Source: Bdellovibrionales bacterium
GTDB taxonomy: Bacteria > Bdellovibrionota > Bdellovibrionia > Bdellovibrionales > UBA1609
NCBI GenBank assembly: GCA_041690295.1
Contig: JAWLHR010000008.1
Location: 32,001 to 96,000 of the forward strand
Length of the DNA: 64,000 nt
Direction: 5' to 3'
Positions within the stretch are counted from its first letter, which is position 1. The number at the start of each line of letters is the position of its first letter. Shown here one piece after another: positions 46,071-55,595 of the stretch. Under the pieces are notes generated by a model. It was given only the letters and a program-made list of their open reading frames with translations. It had not been told where the DNA came from and did not search any database. The position numbers and the translations under genes were made by a program.

Positions 46071-47558
46071 ATGAAAAGTCTGATTTTGGCGTTGATTTTG
46101 GCCTCGGCCCCCAGCGCGTGGGCTGAAAAGGTATTTACCTTTCACCTCTTCGTCGAACCTCATCATTTGGATCCGCAAATCGCCACGTCGACGTTAAGTA
46201 ATTACCTTTTCGCGAGTCTCTACCGCGGGCTCTATCTTTATCAGGACGGAAAGCTTCGTCCCGACGGCGCCAAATCCTGCACCCGAAAAGCCAAGGCGAT
46301 GATTTGCCGTTTAAATCCTGAGCATCGCTGGAGTGACGGCACGAGAATTCGCGCCGAACACTACGTCAATTCTTTTCGCCGGTTGATTGATCCGGCGAAT
46401 TCGAGTCCGCAAAGTGACGTGCTTTTCACCGTGAAAAACGCCAAGGCCATTTGGCGTGGCGAAAAACCACCGCAGTCACTTGGAGTTTGGGCGAAGGGGC
46501 CGGATGAGTTGCACATCGAATTTGAAACTGAAGACCCCGAATTTGAGTACAAGCTCATTCACCCGGCGCTCACTCCCCTGCCCGCCGGCGGCTTTAAAAG
46601 TAGGGAAGAGGCCCCCCAACAACTGACCAATGGTCCTTACGCCATTGAGGAATGGAAAATCGGCCAATGGATCGCTTTGAAACCCAATCCTCATTATCCA
46701 CCCCAAAACGGGCGCCCACCGGCCAAGATTTATTTCATCGATGATGATTCCACCGCCCTTCGCCTCTATGAAACCGGCAAGCTGCAATTCCTTCGGCGGG
46801 TCACCGGCTCGGAAATCCCCCGTTTTAAAAATTCCAAGGAGTTTCATCAAATCCCCATGGCGAGATTTGATTACATAGGTTTCGGTCCCAAACTCGTCAA
46901 AACGCCTGAGCGCAGAGAGGCTCTTTTGAAAGCCGTGGATTTTTCCGGATTCATGAAATTGTTCGATACGGTGAGTCCTCCCGGCTGCCCCAGTCTCCCG
47001 TCGCGATTCATGGATAAAGCGTTTTGTATGAAAGCCGACATCAAACGGGCGAAATCACTTTGGGGGAAGGAAAACCCAAAGTTCGAGTTTTACTTTAGCC
47101 GGATGGGTGGCGAGGACATCGCTCGCGCGGCCGAGTGGTTCCAAGGCCAGTGGAAACGCAACCTTGATGCCGACGTGGAACTCAAATCCCAGGAGCAAGC
47201 CTCTTATCTTCGCCGCTTAAAAACCGACCCACCGGATATTTTTCGCAAAGGCGTGAGTCTTGACCGGCCCACCTGCCTGGCCGCGGTCGAAATCTTCACT
47301 CGCGATCACCCCGAAAACTACATCCGTTACGATGACCCCGAGTACGAGCGACTGGTCCGCAACCTCGCCCGGAGCCGGACGGATTCGGAGCGAAAACGCG
47401 CTTGCCGAAAAGCCATTGAACATCTTTTAAACAGTTTTCGCTTATTGCCGCTCGGCGAAATGTATTTTTCCGTACTCGCCCGCCCCACATTCACCGGCTG
47501 GCGCTTAAATTCCTTGAATCAGTTGGACTTAAGTGAACTTAGGACCAAGGACCTATAG
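46071..47558 (+). CDS. Peptide ABC transporter substrate-binding protein (OppA-like)
   Basis: LDPQ, RWSDG, TNGPYAI, KPNPHY; signal peptide from ATG 46071. Confidence 0.88.
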   Translation: MKSLILALILASAPSAWAEKVFTFHLFVEPHHLDPQIATSTLSNYLFASLYRGLYLYQDGKLRPDGAKSCTRKAKAMICRLNPEHRWSDGTRIRAEHYVNSFRRLIDPANSSPQSDVLFTVKNAKAIWRGEKPPQSLGVWAKGPDELHIEFETEDPEFEYKLIHPALTPLPAGGFKSREEAPQQLTNGPYAIEEWKIGQWIALKPNPHYPPQNGRPPAKIYFIDDDSTALRLYETGKLQFLRRVTGSEIPRFKNSKEFHQIPMARFDYIGFGPKLVKTPERREALLKAVDFSGFMKLFDTVSPPGCPSLPSRFMDKAFCMKADIKRAKSLWGKENPKFEFYFSRMGGEDIARAAEWFQGQWKRNLDADVELKSQEQASYLRRLKTDPPDIFRKGVSLDRPTCLAAVEIFTRDHPENYIRYDDPEYERLVRNLARSRTDSERKRACRKAIEHLLNSFRLLPLGEMYFSVLARPTFTGWRLNSLNQLDLSELRTKDL

Positions 47559-47581
47559 CTCCCCAGACTTTCAGCCGATAA
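47554..47581 (+). promoter_or_regulatory. Sigma28 (FliA)-like promoter
   Basis: TATAG-N16-CCGATAA upstream of the 47615 gene. Confidence 0.6.
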
Positions 47582-47614
47582 CTAAAGAGCTGTCAAACAA
47601 AGGAGACGGTTCAA

Positions 47615-47842
47615 ATGGCAAAGGAAAACGGCAAAAACCAGGGCGGCGGTGGCGCGAATGTGATCCCCATGAACACCAACTGCTGTGTCGAGAAGTGCAA
47701 TAAGAAGCAGGAACGCATGAATTTTTGCGCCGAACATTTCATTTGGTTCAAAGAAGGTCTCGTGAACAAGGCGGGAAAACGCCCCTCGGATTTCGATAAA
47801 AAGTACCAGGCTTTCCTGGCCAAGCAGAAGTCCGCGGCCTAA
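47615..47842 (+). CDS. Small basic protein with putative C-x4-C...C-x2-H zinc site
   Basis: AAGGAG RBS; CCVEKC...FCAEH; own promoter and terminator. Confidence 0.75.
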   Translation: MAKENGKNQGGGGANVIPMNTNCCVEKCNKKQERMNFCAEHFIWFKEGLVNKAGKRPSDFDKKYQAFLAKQKSAA

Positions 47843-47900
47843 AAGGCGGCCCCAAACGCCAAAAAGAGAATCAAGCTTAAGACAAATGTTTTAAGCGAGA

Positions 47901-47927
47901 AAAGGAGTAGTTCCATGCTACTCCTTT
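47901..47927 (+). terminator. Intrinsic terminator hairpin
   Basis: AAAGGAGTAG-ttccatg-CTACTCCTTT followed by a T-rich tract. Confidence 0.7.
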
Positions 47928-47982
47928 CGTCTTTTTTCAGCCCACCTTGAGTTTTAACCGGTCCTTTGTTAGCTTCGGCACC

Positions 47983-48735
47983 ATGTCAAAATCCGCATAC
48001 ATCGTTACCGGCGCCGGTTCAGGAATCGGCCAAGCCATCGCCCGAAAAATCATCGCCCAAGACGGCCACGTCTTTGGGCTTGGACGAAACATTCAAAAAC
48101 TTGAAAGCACAAATCGACTCGTGGACGGCCGAAATTTCGCCTTCACTTCAGCTGATCTTTCAGATGCGTCACAATCCTTGGCGGCCGTCGCGAAAATCAA
48201 AGATTGGTTGAAGAGTCACGACCTCAAGTTAAAGGCATTGGTGAATAACGCCGGGATCGTCAATCGCTCCCCCTTTGATCAAACCCCCGATGAAATTTGG
48301 GAGCGGCAGTTTCACACCAACCTGCTTTCCGCCGCGCGACTGACCCGGGAGTTTTATCAGGAACTGAAATCCGCGGCACCGAGTTCCGTATTGAACATCT
48401 CATCGAATCTTGGAATTCGCCCGATTCCGAACACGTCCGCCTACTCCGCGATCAAGGCGGCCATGTTGAATTGGACACAGAGTCTGGCCATGGAATGGGC
48501 GCCGCTCAACATCCGCGTGAACGCGCTCTGTCCGGGACTGGTGGACACGCCGATTCACCCGTTTTTCGGCCATAGCGAAGACTCCGAAGAACGTAAGATG
48601 GCCCATCAGCTTTCACCGCTCGGTCGTATGGGAACCTCGGAAGACATCGCCGAGGCCGCTTGGTTCCTGCTGAGCGAGGCGTCTTCGTGGACGACGGGAT
48701 CCATCTTGTCCGTCGACGGCGGAATGGGGTTATGA
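47983..48735 (+). CDS. Short-chain dehydrogenase/reductase
   Basis: TGAGSGIG, NNAG, YSAIK. Confidence 0.92.
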   Translation: MSKSAYIVTGAGSGIGQAIARKIIAQDGHVFGLGRNIQKLESTNRLVDGRNFAFTSADLSDASQSLAAVAKIKDWLKSHDLKLKALVNNAGIVNRSPFDQTPDEIWERQFHTNLLSAARLTREFYQELKSAAPSSVLNISSNLGIRPIPNTSAYSAIKAAMLNWTQSLAMEWAPLNIRVNALCPGLVDTPIHPFFGHSEDSEERKMAHQLSPLGRMGTSEDIAEAAWFLLSEASSWTTGSILSVDGGMGL

Positions 48736-49070
48736 ATCAAGTTCGGCTCGCGCGCCGGCGCGAATTCGTGGTCCTCAATGAAATTGGAACCAATTTCTCT
48801 CCCCAAGGTCCCGCCATTCATTATCAATTGGAAGCCTATCTCGAAGGCGGCTTGAACGATCTGGGTGTGATTTTGAACATTCGCGATTTCGATGGCTTAT
48901 TGGCGAGGCTTCTTGCCGAGTACGAAGGCCGCGCCATCAACAAATCCAGCCTGGAGCTGGCGAAAGAACTCTTCGTGCAGTTGAGGAGTCTTTTGGCCGA
49001 CCAGCCGTTTCGTCTGGTCCAGTTGCGACTTTTTGAATCCCCCGATTTCTGGGTGGACGTATGCGAGTGA
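48732..49070 (+). CDS. Degenerate PTPS/QueD-like protein
   Basis: ATGA-coupled; C-terminal SSLELAKELF...LRLFESPDFWV resembles PTPS; no HGH motif. Confidence 0.5.
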   Translation: MNQVRLARRREFVVLNEIGTNFSPQGPAIHYQLEAYLEGGLNDLGVILNIRDFDGLLARLLAEYEGRAINKSSLELAKELFVQLRSLLADQPFRLVQLRLFESPDFWVDVCE

Positions 49071-49399
49071 GTTTTGGACGGCGATATCTTTTTCAAAGCG
49101 TTCATTCGCTGAGCGGCTTTCGCGAAGGCCGCCATGGCCATCACTTTTTTCTCGAAATTCAATTTCTTCAAGACGGCCTTGAATTCGCCGACTCAAGTTA
49201 TCGTGAGTTCATTGAGCCGAAGCTTCACGGCCGGGTCTTAAATGATATTATCGAGCCGGCCACCGGCGAAAAGCTGGCCCAGTGGATTTTCGCGGAACTC
49301 TCCCGCTCCCCGCTTGGCCCCCACCTTTTAAGTGTGGCGCTCCAGGAAACGGAAAAAAACCGCTTCATCTGCTCACGCAGCGATAAGGTTTATGTCTGA
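49061..49399 (+). CDS. PTPS/QueD-like protein
   Basis: [33 protein letters not shown]. Confidence 0.75.
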   Translation: MRVSFGRRYLFQSVHSLSGFREGRHGHHFFLEIQFLQDGLEFADSSYREFIEPKLHGRVLNDIIEPATGEKLAQWIFAELSRSPLGPHLLSVALQETEKNRFICSRSDKVYV

Positions 49400-50120
49400 G
49401 TTGGTCCGCCTGAGCAAATTGATGTCGGAACGAGGACTTTGCTCCCGCCGCGAAGCGGATGAACTGATCGAGCGCGGCTTGGTGAAAGTTGATGGTGTCG
49501 TCATCGATCAACTGGGTAGTAAAGTTTCACCGGACGCGAAAATTGAAATCCTCGCCGCCGGCCGAAAGAATCTTTCGTCCAAAGTCACGATCGTGCTCAA
49601 CAAACCGAAAGGTTATGTTTCATCGCAGCCCGAAAAAGGCTACAAAGCCGCGGTCGAACTGATTCGCCCGGAAAATCAGGATCCCTCGGACAAACGCCGT
49701 TTCGACCGGCGTCATCTGCGCGGGCTGGCTCCGGCCGGCCGCCTGGATATCGATTCGCAAGGGCTGCTCATCCTCACCTCGGACGGCGTGGTGGCGAAAA
49801 AAATCATCGGTGAAAACTCGGAGATTGAAAAAGAATACCTCGTCCGCGTGAGCGGACATCTCACGCCGGAAAACTTAAAGCGCCTGCAAGACGGCTCCAT
49901 GGTGATTGAAGGGCGAAGACTTCTTCCCGCCAAAGTGGAATGGGTCAACCAAGATCAGCTTCGCTTTGTCCTTCGCGAGGGCATGAAACGGCAGATTCGA
50001 AAAATGTGTCAGGAAGTCGGTCTTAAAGTTTTGGCTTTAAAAAGAGTGCGTATCGGTCATGTTCGGCTGGGGAAATTAAAAGAAGGACAATGGCGGTACC
50101 TGCGCCCCGGCGAGCTTTAA
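49392..50120 (+). CDS. rRNA pseudouridine synthase (RsuA/RluB/RluF family)
   Basis: S4 domain [28 protein letters not shown]. Confidence 0.92.
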   Translation: MSELVRLSKLMSERGLCSRREADELIERGLVKVDGVVIDQLGSKVSPDAKIEILAAGRKNLSSKVTIVLNKPKGYVSSQPEKGYKAAVELIRPENQDPSDKRRFDRRHLRGLAPAGRLDIDSQGLLILTSDGVVAKKIIGENSEIEKEYLVRVSGHLTPENLKRLQDGSMVIEGRRLLPAKVEWVNQDQLRFVLREGMKRQIRKMCQEVGLKVLALKRVRIGHVRLGKLKEGQWRYLRPGEL

Positions 50121-50935
50121 TGCCGGTGAATTCTCTGAGTTGCCGTTAACCAAAGTGAGCGAAGCTCTTCGAGAGTGTGGATTTCTTTCGGTGTGAATCC
50201 CGCGGCCAAACGAAGCTCACGCCGGACCGGCTCGAGTCGCCGCGGAATCCGGTAAAACAAGCGCTTGAGTCGCGGAGCGAAGTCCTCCTCGGGATCAAGT
50301 CCCTGCCTTTTGGCGATCTCCACGTACCAGCGACTACCGAATCTCACATGCCCTTCTTCTTCCGCGCGAATCACACGGACCACCTCGGCCACGGATCGGG
50401 CGTTCTTCACTCCATCCAAGCGCTTGAGCAAAGTTTCCGAAGCGTCCAGACCTGAACCTTCCAGATAACGATGGACGATCACAATGCGATCCAAGAGCGA
50501 ATCGTCCGCGGACACCGACTGCCAAAGTCCAATGTGGGTGGGGAAACTTCCCCAGGGAAAACCCAAGTCATCCAGCGCCTGCAAACAAAGTCGAAGGTGC
50601 CGACCTTCATCCAGACAAACCATGGCCAACTGTTCACGAAACTCTTGAGGGGCTTCGGGAAACTCCGCGAGTGTACGTATCGCCAGCTCCATGGCTTGAA
50701 GTTCGATGCTCGCCAAATCGTGAAGGAGTCGCGCCTGCCCCTCAATCGAAGACAATCCCTTCTTAGGTGGAAGATCCCGTATGGCCCAGATTTGCACATC
50801 GCGTCCAGGCGTCTCGGGAATCACGCAGCGCTGACCTTTAAGCAATGAATGAACTTCCAACTCCAGTTGGCGAAGCTTGGTGAAGACTTCGCATTCGGCA
50901 ATAACTTGCGTTTTATCCGGCACAGAGGCATTCAT
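50117..50935 (-). CDS. Ferritin-like DUF455 protein
   Basis: [33 protein letters not shown]. Confidence 0.85.
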   Translation of the reverse strand: MNASVPDKTQVIAECEVFTKLRQLELEVHSLLKGQRCVIPETPGRDVQIWAIRDLPPKKGLSSIEGQARLLHDLASIELQAMELAIRTLAEFPEAPQEFREQLAMVCLDEGRHLRLCLQALDDLGFPWGSFPTHIGLWQSVSADDSLLDRIVIVHRYLEGSGLDASETLLKRLDGVKNARSVAEVVRVIRAEEEGHVRFGSRWYVEIAKRQGLDPEEDFAPRLKRLFYRIPRRLEPVRRELRLAAGFTPKEIHTLEELRSLWLTATQRIHRH

Positions 50936-50993
50936 TTTATTATCTCATGGTCCGCTCTTGATGCGGCCCGCATAACTTATCAGGCAGGAAATT

Positions 50994-51695
50994 ATGGGTA
51001 AAGGCTGGAAGAAAGCCGGCAAGCTGGAAAACGCACAGAAAAAAGGTGCCATTTTCACCAAAATCGCACGTGAAATCGCCGTGGCCGCACGACTGGGGGG
51101 CGGAGACCCCGAGGGCAACTCCCGACTGAAACTCGCCATTCAAGCCGCGCGTGAAGTTTCTTGCCCCAAGGACACCATAGAGCGGGCGATTAAGAAGGGA
51201 ACGGGTCAACTCGACGACGGCGCCACCATTGAGGAGATCACCTACGAGGGTTACGGCCCTCACGGCGTCGGTATTATTGTCGAATGCCAAACGGATAATC
51301 GCACCCGCACCGTCTCGGAAATCCGCAATGTCTTCAAAACCCACGGCGGCAATTTGGGTGAATCCGGAGCGGTGGCTTGGATGTTCGAGCGAGTCAGTCT
51401 GGTCCAGGGAACCAAAGCCAATGTGGGCGACCCGGAGGAAGAAGCCATCGAGGCCGGCGCCAACGAAGTCGAGCGCGAAGAAGACGGAAGCTACAGCTTC
51501 TACGGTGCACCGGCGGACTTGGATTCGATCCGCAAGGCCTTGACCGGCCGGGGCTGGGAAATCAAAGTGGCGGAACTTTCCTTCAAAGCCAAAGAAAAAA
51601 CCAATCTGTCCGAAGACCAACTTAAAGAAGTGTATGAGCTTCTTGAGGCTTTGGAGGATAACGACGACTCACACCGGGTCCACGCCACGGTGTGA
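50994..51695 (+). CDS. YebC/PmpR family protein
   Basis: FTKIAREI, YEGYGPHGV, TDNRTRT. Confidence 0.93.
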   Translation: MGKGWKKAGKLENAQKKGAIFTKIAREIAVAARLGGGDPEGNSRLKLAIQAAREVSCPKDTIERAIKKGTGQLDDGATIEEITYEGYGPHGVGIIVECQTDNRTRTVSEIRNVFKTHGGNLGESGAVAWMFERVSLVQGTKANVGDPEEEAIEAGANEVEREEDGSYSFYGAPADLDSIRKALTGRGWEIKVAELSFKAKEKTNLSEDQLKEVYELLEALEDNDDSHRVHATV

Positions 51696-52124
51696 TCACA
51701 CCCGTTCCATCAGGGCTTTAAACGCCATGGCGTAAAATTTCATTTGCTTGATCATGCTGAACAAACCGCTGGAACGGCTTGGGGAAAGCTTGGTCTCAAG
51801 GCCGATCTCACGAACAAAATCCGGTGGAGTGGAAATGATTTCGTCCGGCGGCGCATCCGAATACACCTGAAGGAGAAGCGCCACCAGGCCGCGCACCAGA
51901 ATCGCGTCGCTGTCGGCTTCAAAAATCACCCGGCCGTCGTGGAATCGCGCATGCATCCACACCTGCGACTGACAGCCCTTGACCTTCGCTTCTTCCGTTT
52001 TCTTTTCTTCCGGAAGGTCCGGCAAGGTCTTGCCGAGTTCGATTAATTTTTTGTAGCGATCTTCCCAGCCCGTGAATTTGGCGAATTCAGCGACGATCCG
52101 ATCCTGCCGTTCCCGTAAACTCAT
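51696..52124 (-). CDS. sufE: SufE family Fe-S sulfur acceptor
   Basis: VKGCQSQVW, DSDAILVRGL, LSPSRSSGL. Confidence 0.9.
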   Translation of the reverse strand: MSLRERQDRIVAEFAKFTGWEDRYKKLIELGKTLPDLPEEKKTEEAKVKGCQSQVWMHARFHDGRVIFEADSDAILVRGLVALLLQVYSDAPPDEIISTPPDFVREIGLETKLSPSRSSGLFSMIKQMKFYAMAFKALMERV

Positions 52125-52700
52125 TGAACCAGACTTCTACCTCCTCACGCCGCAGTTGGCCAGCCCAAGTCCAGGATTTTTGATAAATCTTCTTCAAGTG
52201 TTCGATGTCGAAATTCTCCGACTGAGCCCCTTCCTCAAGATTTAAGAGATCCACTTGGGCGTGAATCAACGGGAGAGTAAACCCCTGCGCGCGAAGTGCG
52301 TGTTGCGCCACCATAGTTTCTAAAGCGAACGCCTTTTCTGAGAGTTCGCTGTGGGCGAGCCCCTGACAGAAATAGGTGCTGCATTCACCGGGACGATACC
52401 GCCAGATCGTGCATTGTCCCCGGTCAAAAAAGGCGCAAGCGAGGCGCTCACCGAGACCATGACGTCGGCGATATTCCCGCGTGGGAATGAGGCCAAGCGG
52501 CTGAGCCTGAATTGATCCCCGCGCCAGAGCCAATCGGGTTGCGCGGAGAGAATCGCTCCCACCAGGAAGTTGGCCACGAACGGCTGGAAATCACAACACT
52601 TCGCCGGCTTGGCGCAGCCATGACAATCCAGTGACGGCGGGCCGACGTGAGGCTCACCGAGCCAGGCTTGCAATACTGGACTGAGCCAACTCTTGGTCAA
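52087..52700 (-). pseudogene. Frameshifted Cys-cluster (YkgJ/CxxCxxCC-like) gene
   Basis: N-half CHGC...KCC in ORF 52320..52700; C-half CAFF...CTIWRYRPGECSTYFC in ORF 52087..52533; frames differ by -1 near the G4 run at 52517-52520. Confidence 0.65.
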
Positions 52701-52728
52701 GATCTCCCCAATCAGTTAAACTACTCAC

Positions 52729-53205
52729 ATGAGACAAACGCCGAACTACATAACTCCCGAAGGATTCCGGAAGTTGCAAGAGGAATTCCGCCAGCTCTTC
52801 CATGAAGAACGACCGAAGCTGGTTGAAACCGTGGCCTGGGCGGCGGGCAACGGTGATCGCAGCGAAAACGGGGACTACATCTACGGCAAACGCCGCCTGC
52901 GTGAAATCGACAAGCGTCTTAAATACCTTCGTGACCGCATCGAGTCCGCCCAGGTGGTGGATCCCTTAACGGTGAAAACCGATAAAGTGGTCTTCGGTGC
53001 CACGGTCACGATTATCGATGAAACCGATGAAGAACGCGAATACGTGATTGTCGGCGAGGACGAAATTGAACCGGGAAAGAATAAAATTTCCTGGAAATCT
53101 CCCATGGCTAAAGCCTTGCTCGGCAAGCAGGAAGGTGATGAAGTCATTATCCAACGTCCAGCCGGACCCCTCGTGGCCGAGATTGTAAAGATCACTTACA
53201 AATAA
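52729..53205 (+). CDS. greB: Transcription elongation factor GreB
   Basis: NYITPEG, WAAGNGDRSENGDYIYGKRRLREIDKR. Confidence 0.95.
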   Translation: MRQTPNYITPEGFRKLQEEFRQLFHEERPKLVETVAWAAGNGDRSENGDYIYGKRRLREIDKRLKYLRDRIESAQVVDPLTVKTDKVVFGATVTIIDETDEEREYVIVGEDEIEPGKNKISWKSPMAKALLGKQEGDEVIIQRPAGPLVAEIVKITYK

Positions 53206-53217
53206 TATTCTTTATTC

Positions 53218-53622
53218 ATGTTCGTCCGATTTTGCGTATTGGCTTTGTTCGCCTGGTCCATGCCCGCGCAATCGGCTTGTCCGAAAAATCCACTCAAAGG
53301 TTACAAGTTCTTGCGCCATTCAGGAGGCGAGGACGTTTACGCCGGAATTAATAAAGCCATCACCCTCAGGATCAAATGTTTTTCCCGATCCACCCGTTTT
53401 GACGACGTGGTGAACAAATTGAAAACCGAGAGCAATGAGAAATTAATGCGCGGAGATGCGGTCTTTTTTGATGTCACCGCCCGCGGCCGTCACAAGAGAA
53501 TCTATGTCATCAATGGAAATCCGGTTTACCAGATGACCTTCATCACCAGATATCGGTACAGAGCCCTTCTCGAACCCACGCAGGCTCAAGTTGAAGCCTA
53601 TCTGGAAAAGAAAAAGAAGTAG
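53218..53622 (+). CDS. Small exported hypothetical protein
   Basis: Signal peptide-like N-terminus; basic protein. Confidence 0.6.
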   Translation: MFVRFCVLALFAWSMPAQSACPKNPLKGYKFLRHSGGEDVYAGINKAITLRIKCFSRSTRFDDVVNKLKTESNEKLMRGDAVFFDVTARGRHKRIYVINGNPVYQMTFITRYRYRALLEPTQAQVEAYLEKKKK

Positions 53623-53768
53623 CCCCGCTGTCAAAAAGACCTACATCTGGCACGCCAAAAAGCGCACCCCCTTCACTTAGGCCGTTTTAGGGCCCCGCCG
53701 GGCTTGCCATGAACATGTTTTTATTAAGTCATTTCATATACTTATAGCTTATCGCTCAGGCGCCGCCT

Positions 53769-53784
53769 TGGACCCGCTCTTGCT
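53769..53784 (+). promoter_or_regulatory. Sigma54-type promoter
   Basis: TGGACCCGCTCTTGCT with GG-N10-GC spacing; AT-rich TAAGT-N10-ACTTA element upstream. Confidence 0.55.
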
Positions 53785-53814
53785 CTAAGAAAAAGGCAAA
53801 AGGAGGGCTAACCC

Positions 53815-54111
53815 ATGCGTGCCCTGACATTGATGATAGGCATAGTGCTTTTGACCCTGATTAACACGGAGGTATCGGCGTCGACCCCCAATCGTGTCCC
53901 CGCCGCTGAAAAGGTCTATAGCTGCCGGATCAGTAACGGTTACGTGGAAGCCACGGGTTACAGCTACAAATCCAAGAATGACGCTAAGGCAAAAGCGTGG
54001 CTCAAATGCGGTGAAATGATGATCGATGATTATATTGCCCGCCGCGGTTCGATCCCTGAAGACCGGGTGGAAGAATTAAGCACCGCCTGTGTGAACTACG
54101 ATTGTATTTAG
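53815..54111 (+). CDS. Small exported protein with four Cys
   Basis: AAGGAGG RBS; signal peptide ending VSA. Confidence 0.75.
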   Translation: MRALTLMIGIVLLTLINTEVSASTPNRVPAAEKVYSCRISNGYVEATGYSYKSKNDAKAKAWLKCGEMMIDDYIARRGSIPEDRVEELSTACVNYDCI

Positions 54112-54152
54112 TCCGGGTTGTCAATTGCGAGGGAACCGGCTATCGTTCCCTC

Positions 54153-54347
54153 ATGTTCAAGAAAATCCTAGAATTTCTTTTTGGTAAATCACCCGACATT
54201 TTCGATGCGCAAGGAAACGTGGTTCATAAACTTCCACCGGAGCGGTGGCAGGCCTGGCGCGATCGTTTCGAGAAAAATCCCGCTTACGACTGGCGCGAGC
54301 ATCAGGGCACCAAACGCGAAATCGGCCGCCCGCTAATGAAGCGTTAA
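54153..54347 (+). CDS. Small hypothetical protein
   Basis: MFKKILEFLFG... start with -10-like TATCGT 6 nt upstream. Confidence 0.6.
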   Translation: MFKKILEFLFGKSPDIFDAQGNVVHKLPPERWQAWRDRFEKNPAYDWREHQGTKREIGRPLMKR

Positions 54348-55573
54348 TCGCGCGCGTCGATCAGTTGACTGAGCATGCCTAAGGCTTCTTCCTTGGTTTT
54401 TAATTTTCCTTCAAGTTGATTGGCGTAAAGCTTTTTTAATATTTCACCCATTTGCGGAGACGGCGGCACACCCGCGGCCTTTAAGTCCTCACCGCTCACC
54501 AGCGGTGGCGGCAGTTCTCCGTTAGGTCCGGCCACACTCAGATATTCCTCGATCCAGCTCTCAAGTTTATGCCGCTCGTTTTTCAGCGACAGAATCCCCG
54601 AGGCGAGAACCAAGGTTTCCGCGTACTCAGGGCCGCCGAGCGCTTGAATCCTTTCGGCTTTGGAACTTCGCTCGTTCACCAGAGTTTCCGCCGCGGTCAT
54701 TTGCGATTTCACTTTGCGGATGGATTCGCGCGAAGCTTTCCATTGCTTGAGTCGCGGCTCGGGATCGGCGCGAACAAGGAGCATGATCGCGGCGAAGGCA
54801 TTCTCCCAAGTGAGAAAAGAAAGAAAACTCGGCAGTTTTTCATCTTCCAGGTACGCCACCTCAGGCCACCAATAGGAATGAAGCCGCGTTTCCACCAGAA
54901 TTTTTAAAGCCTCTCGGAGATGCGGCCCCATGAGCAGTTTTTGCATCTCATTCAGCACTCGCTCGGCGGACACATCTTTCACCAGTTCATGGAGATCGCG
55001 AATCGCCTGCAGCGTCGCGGATTCGATTTGGAATCCAAGCTGCGACACAAAACGAACGGCGCGCAGGAGCCGGAGATGATCTTCTTCAAATCGTTCCTGT
55101 GGAACACCGACGGTGCGAAGAATCTTCGCTTCTAAATCCGAGAGCCCGCCCACGTAATCGTAAAGGAGGGTTTCAAGTGGATCGTAATAGAGCGCATTGA
55201 CCGTGAAATCGCGGCGTTGAGCGTCTTCAGCCATCGTGGCGAATTCCACGTGGGAAGGCCTTCGGCCATCCAGATAAGGCCCTTCGCGACGGAACGTGGT
55301 GACTTCAAAGTTGTATCCGTTTTCCACCACGATGATCGTGCCAAACGCTTTGCCCACGGCCAAAGTGGCGCGAAAAATGCCTTCCACCGCTTCCGGCGGC
55401 GCCGAGGTGGCCACATCCAGGTCCTTGGGGTTCACACCCAAAAGAGCGTCCCTGACCGATCCGCCGGCGAGAACCGCTTGATACCCGGCTTGATTGAGGG
55501 CGATCAGAATGCGTTCGACCGTCGCAAATGAGGGATGTTTATGAATGAGGTCGAGTCTTTGACGGCGCTCCAT
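54344..55573 (-). CDS. cca: CCA-adding/poly(A) polymerase family tRNA nucleotidyltransferase
   Basis: GGSVRD, DLDVAT, EVTTFR, RRDFTVNA, EDHLRLLRAVRF. Confidence 0.9.
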   Translation of the reverse strand: MERRQRLDLIHKHPSFATVERILIALNQAGYQAVLAGGSVRDALLGVNPKDLDVATSAPPEAVEGIFRATLAVGKAFGTIIVVENGYNFEVTTFRREGPYLDGRRPSHVEFATMAEDAQRRDFTVNALYYDPLETLLYDYVGGLSDLEAKILRTVGVPQERFEEDHLRLLRAVRFVSQLGFQIESATLQAIRDLHELVKDVSAERVLNEMQKLLMGPHLREALKILVETRLHSYWWPEVAYLEDEKLPSFLSFLTWENAFAAIMLLVRADPEPRLKQWKASRESIRKVKSQMTAAETLVNERSSKAERIQALGGPEYAETLVLASGILSLKNERHKLESWIEEYLSVAGPNGELPPPLVSGEDLKAAGVPPSPQMGEILKKLYANQLEGKLKTKEEALGMLSQLIDARD

Positions 55574-55595
55574 GCTTGGATTATGCCTTGAGCCC

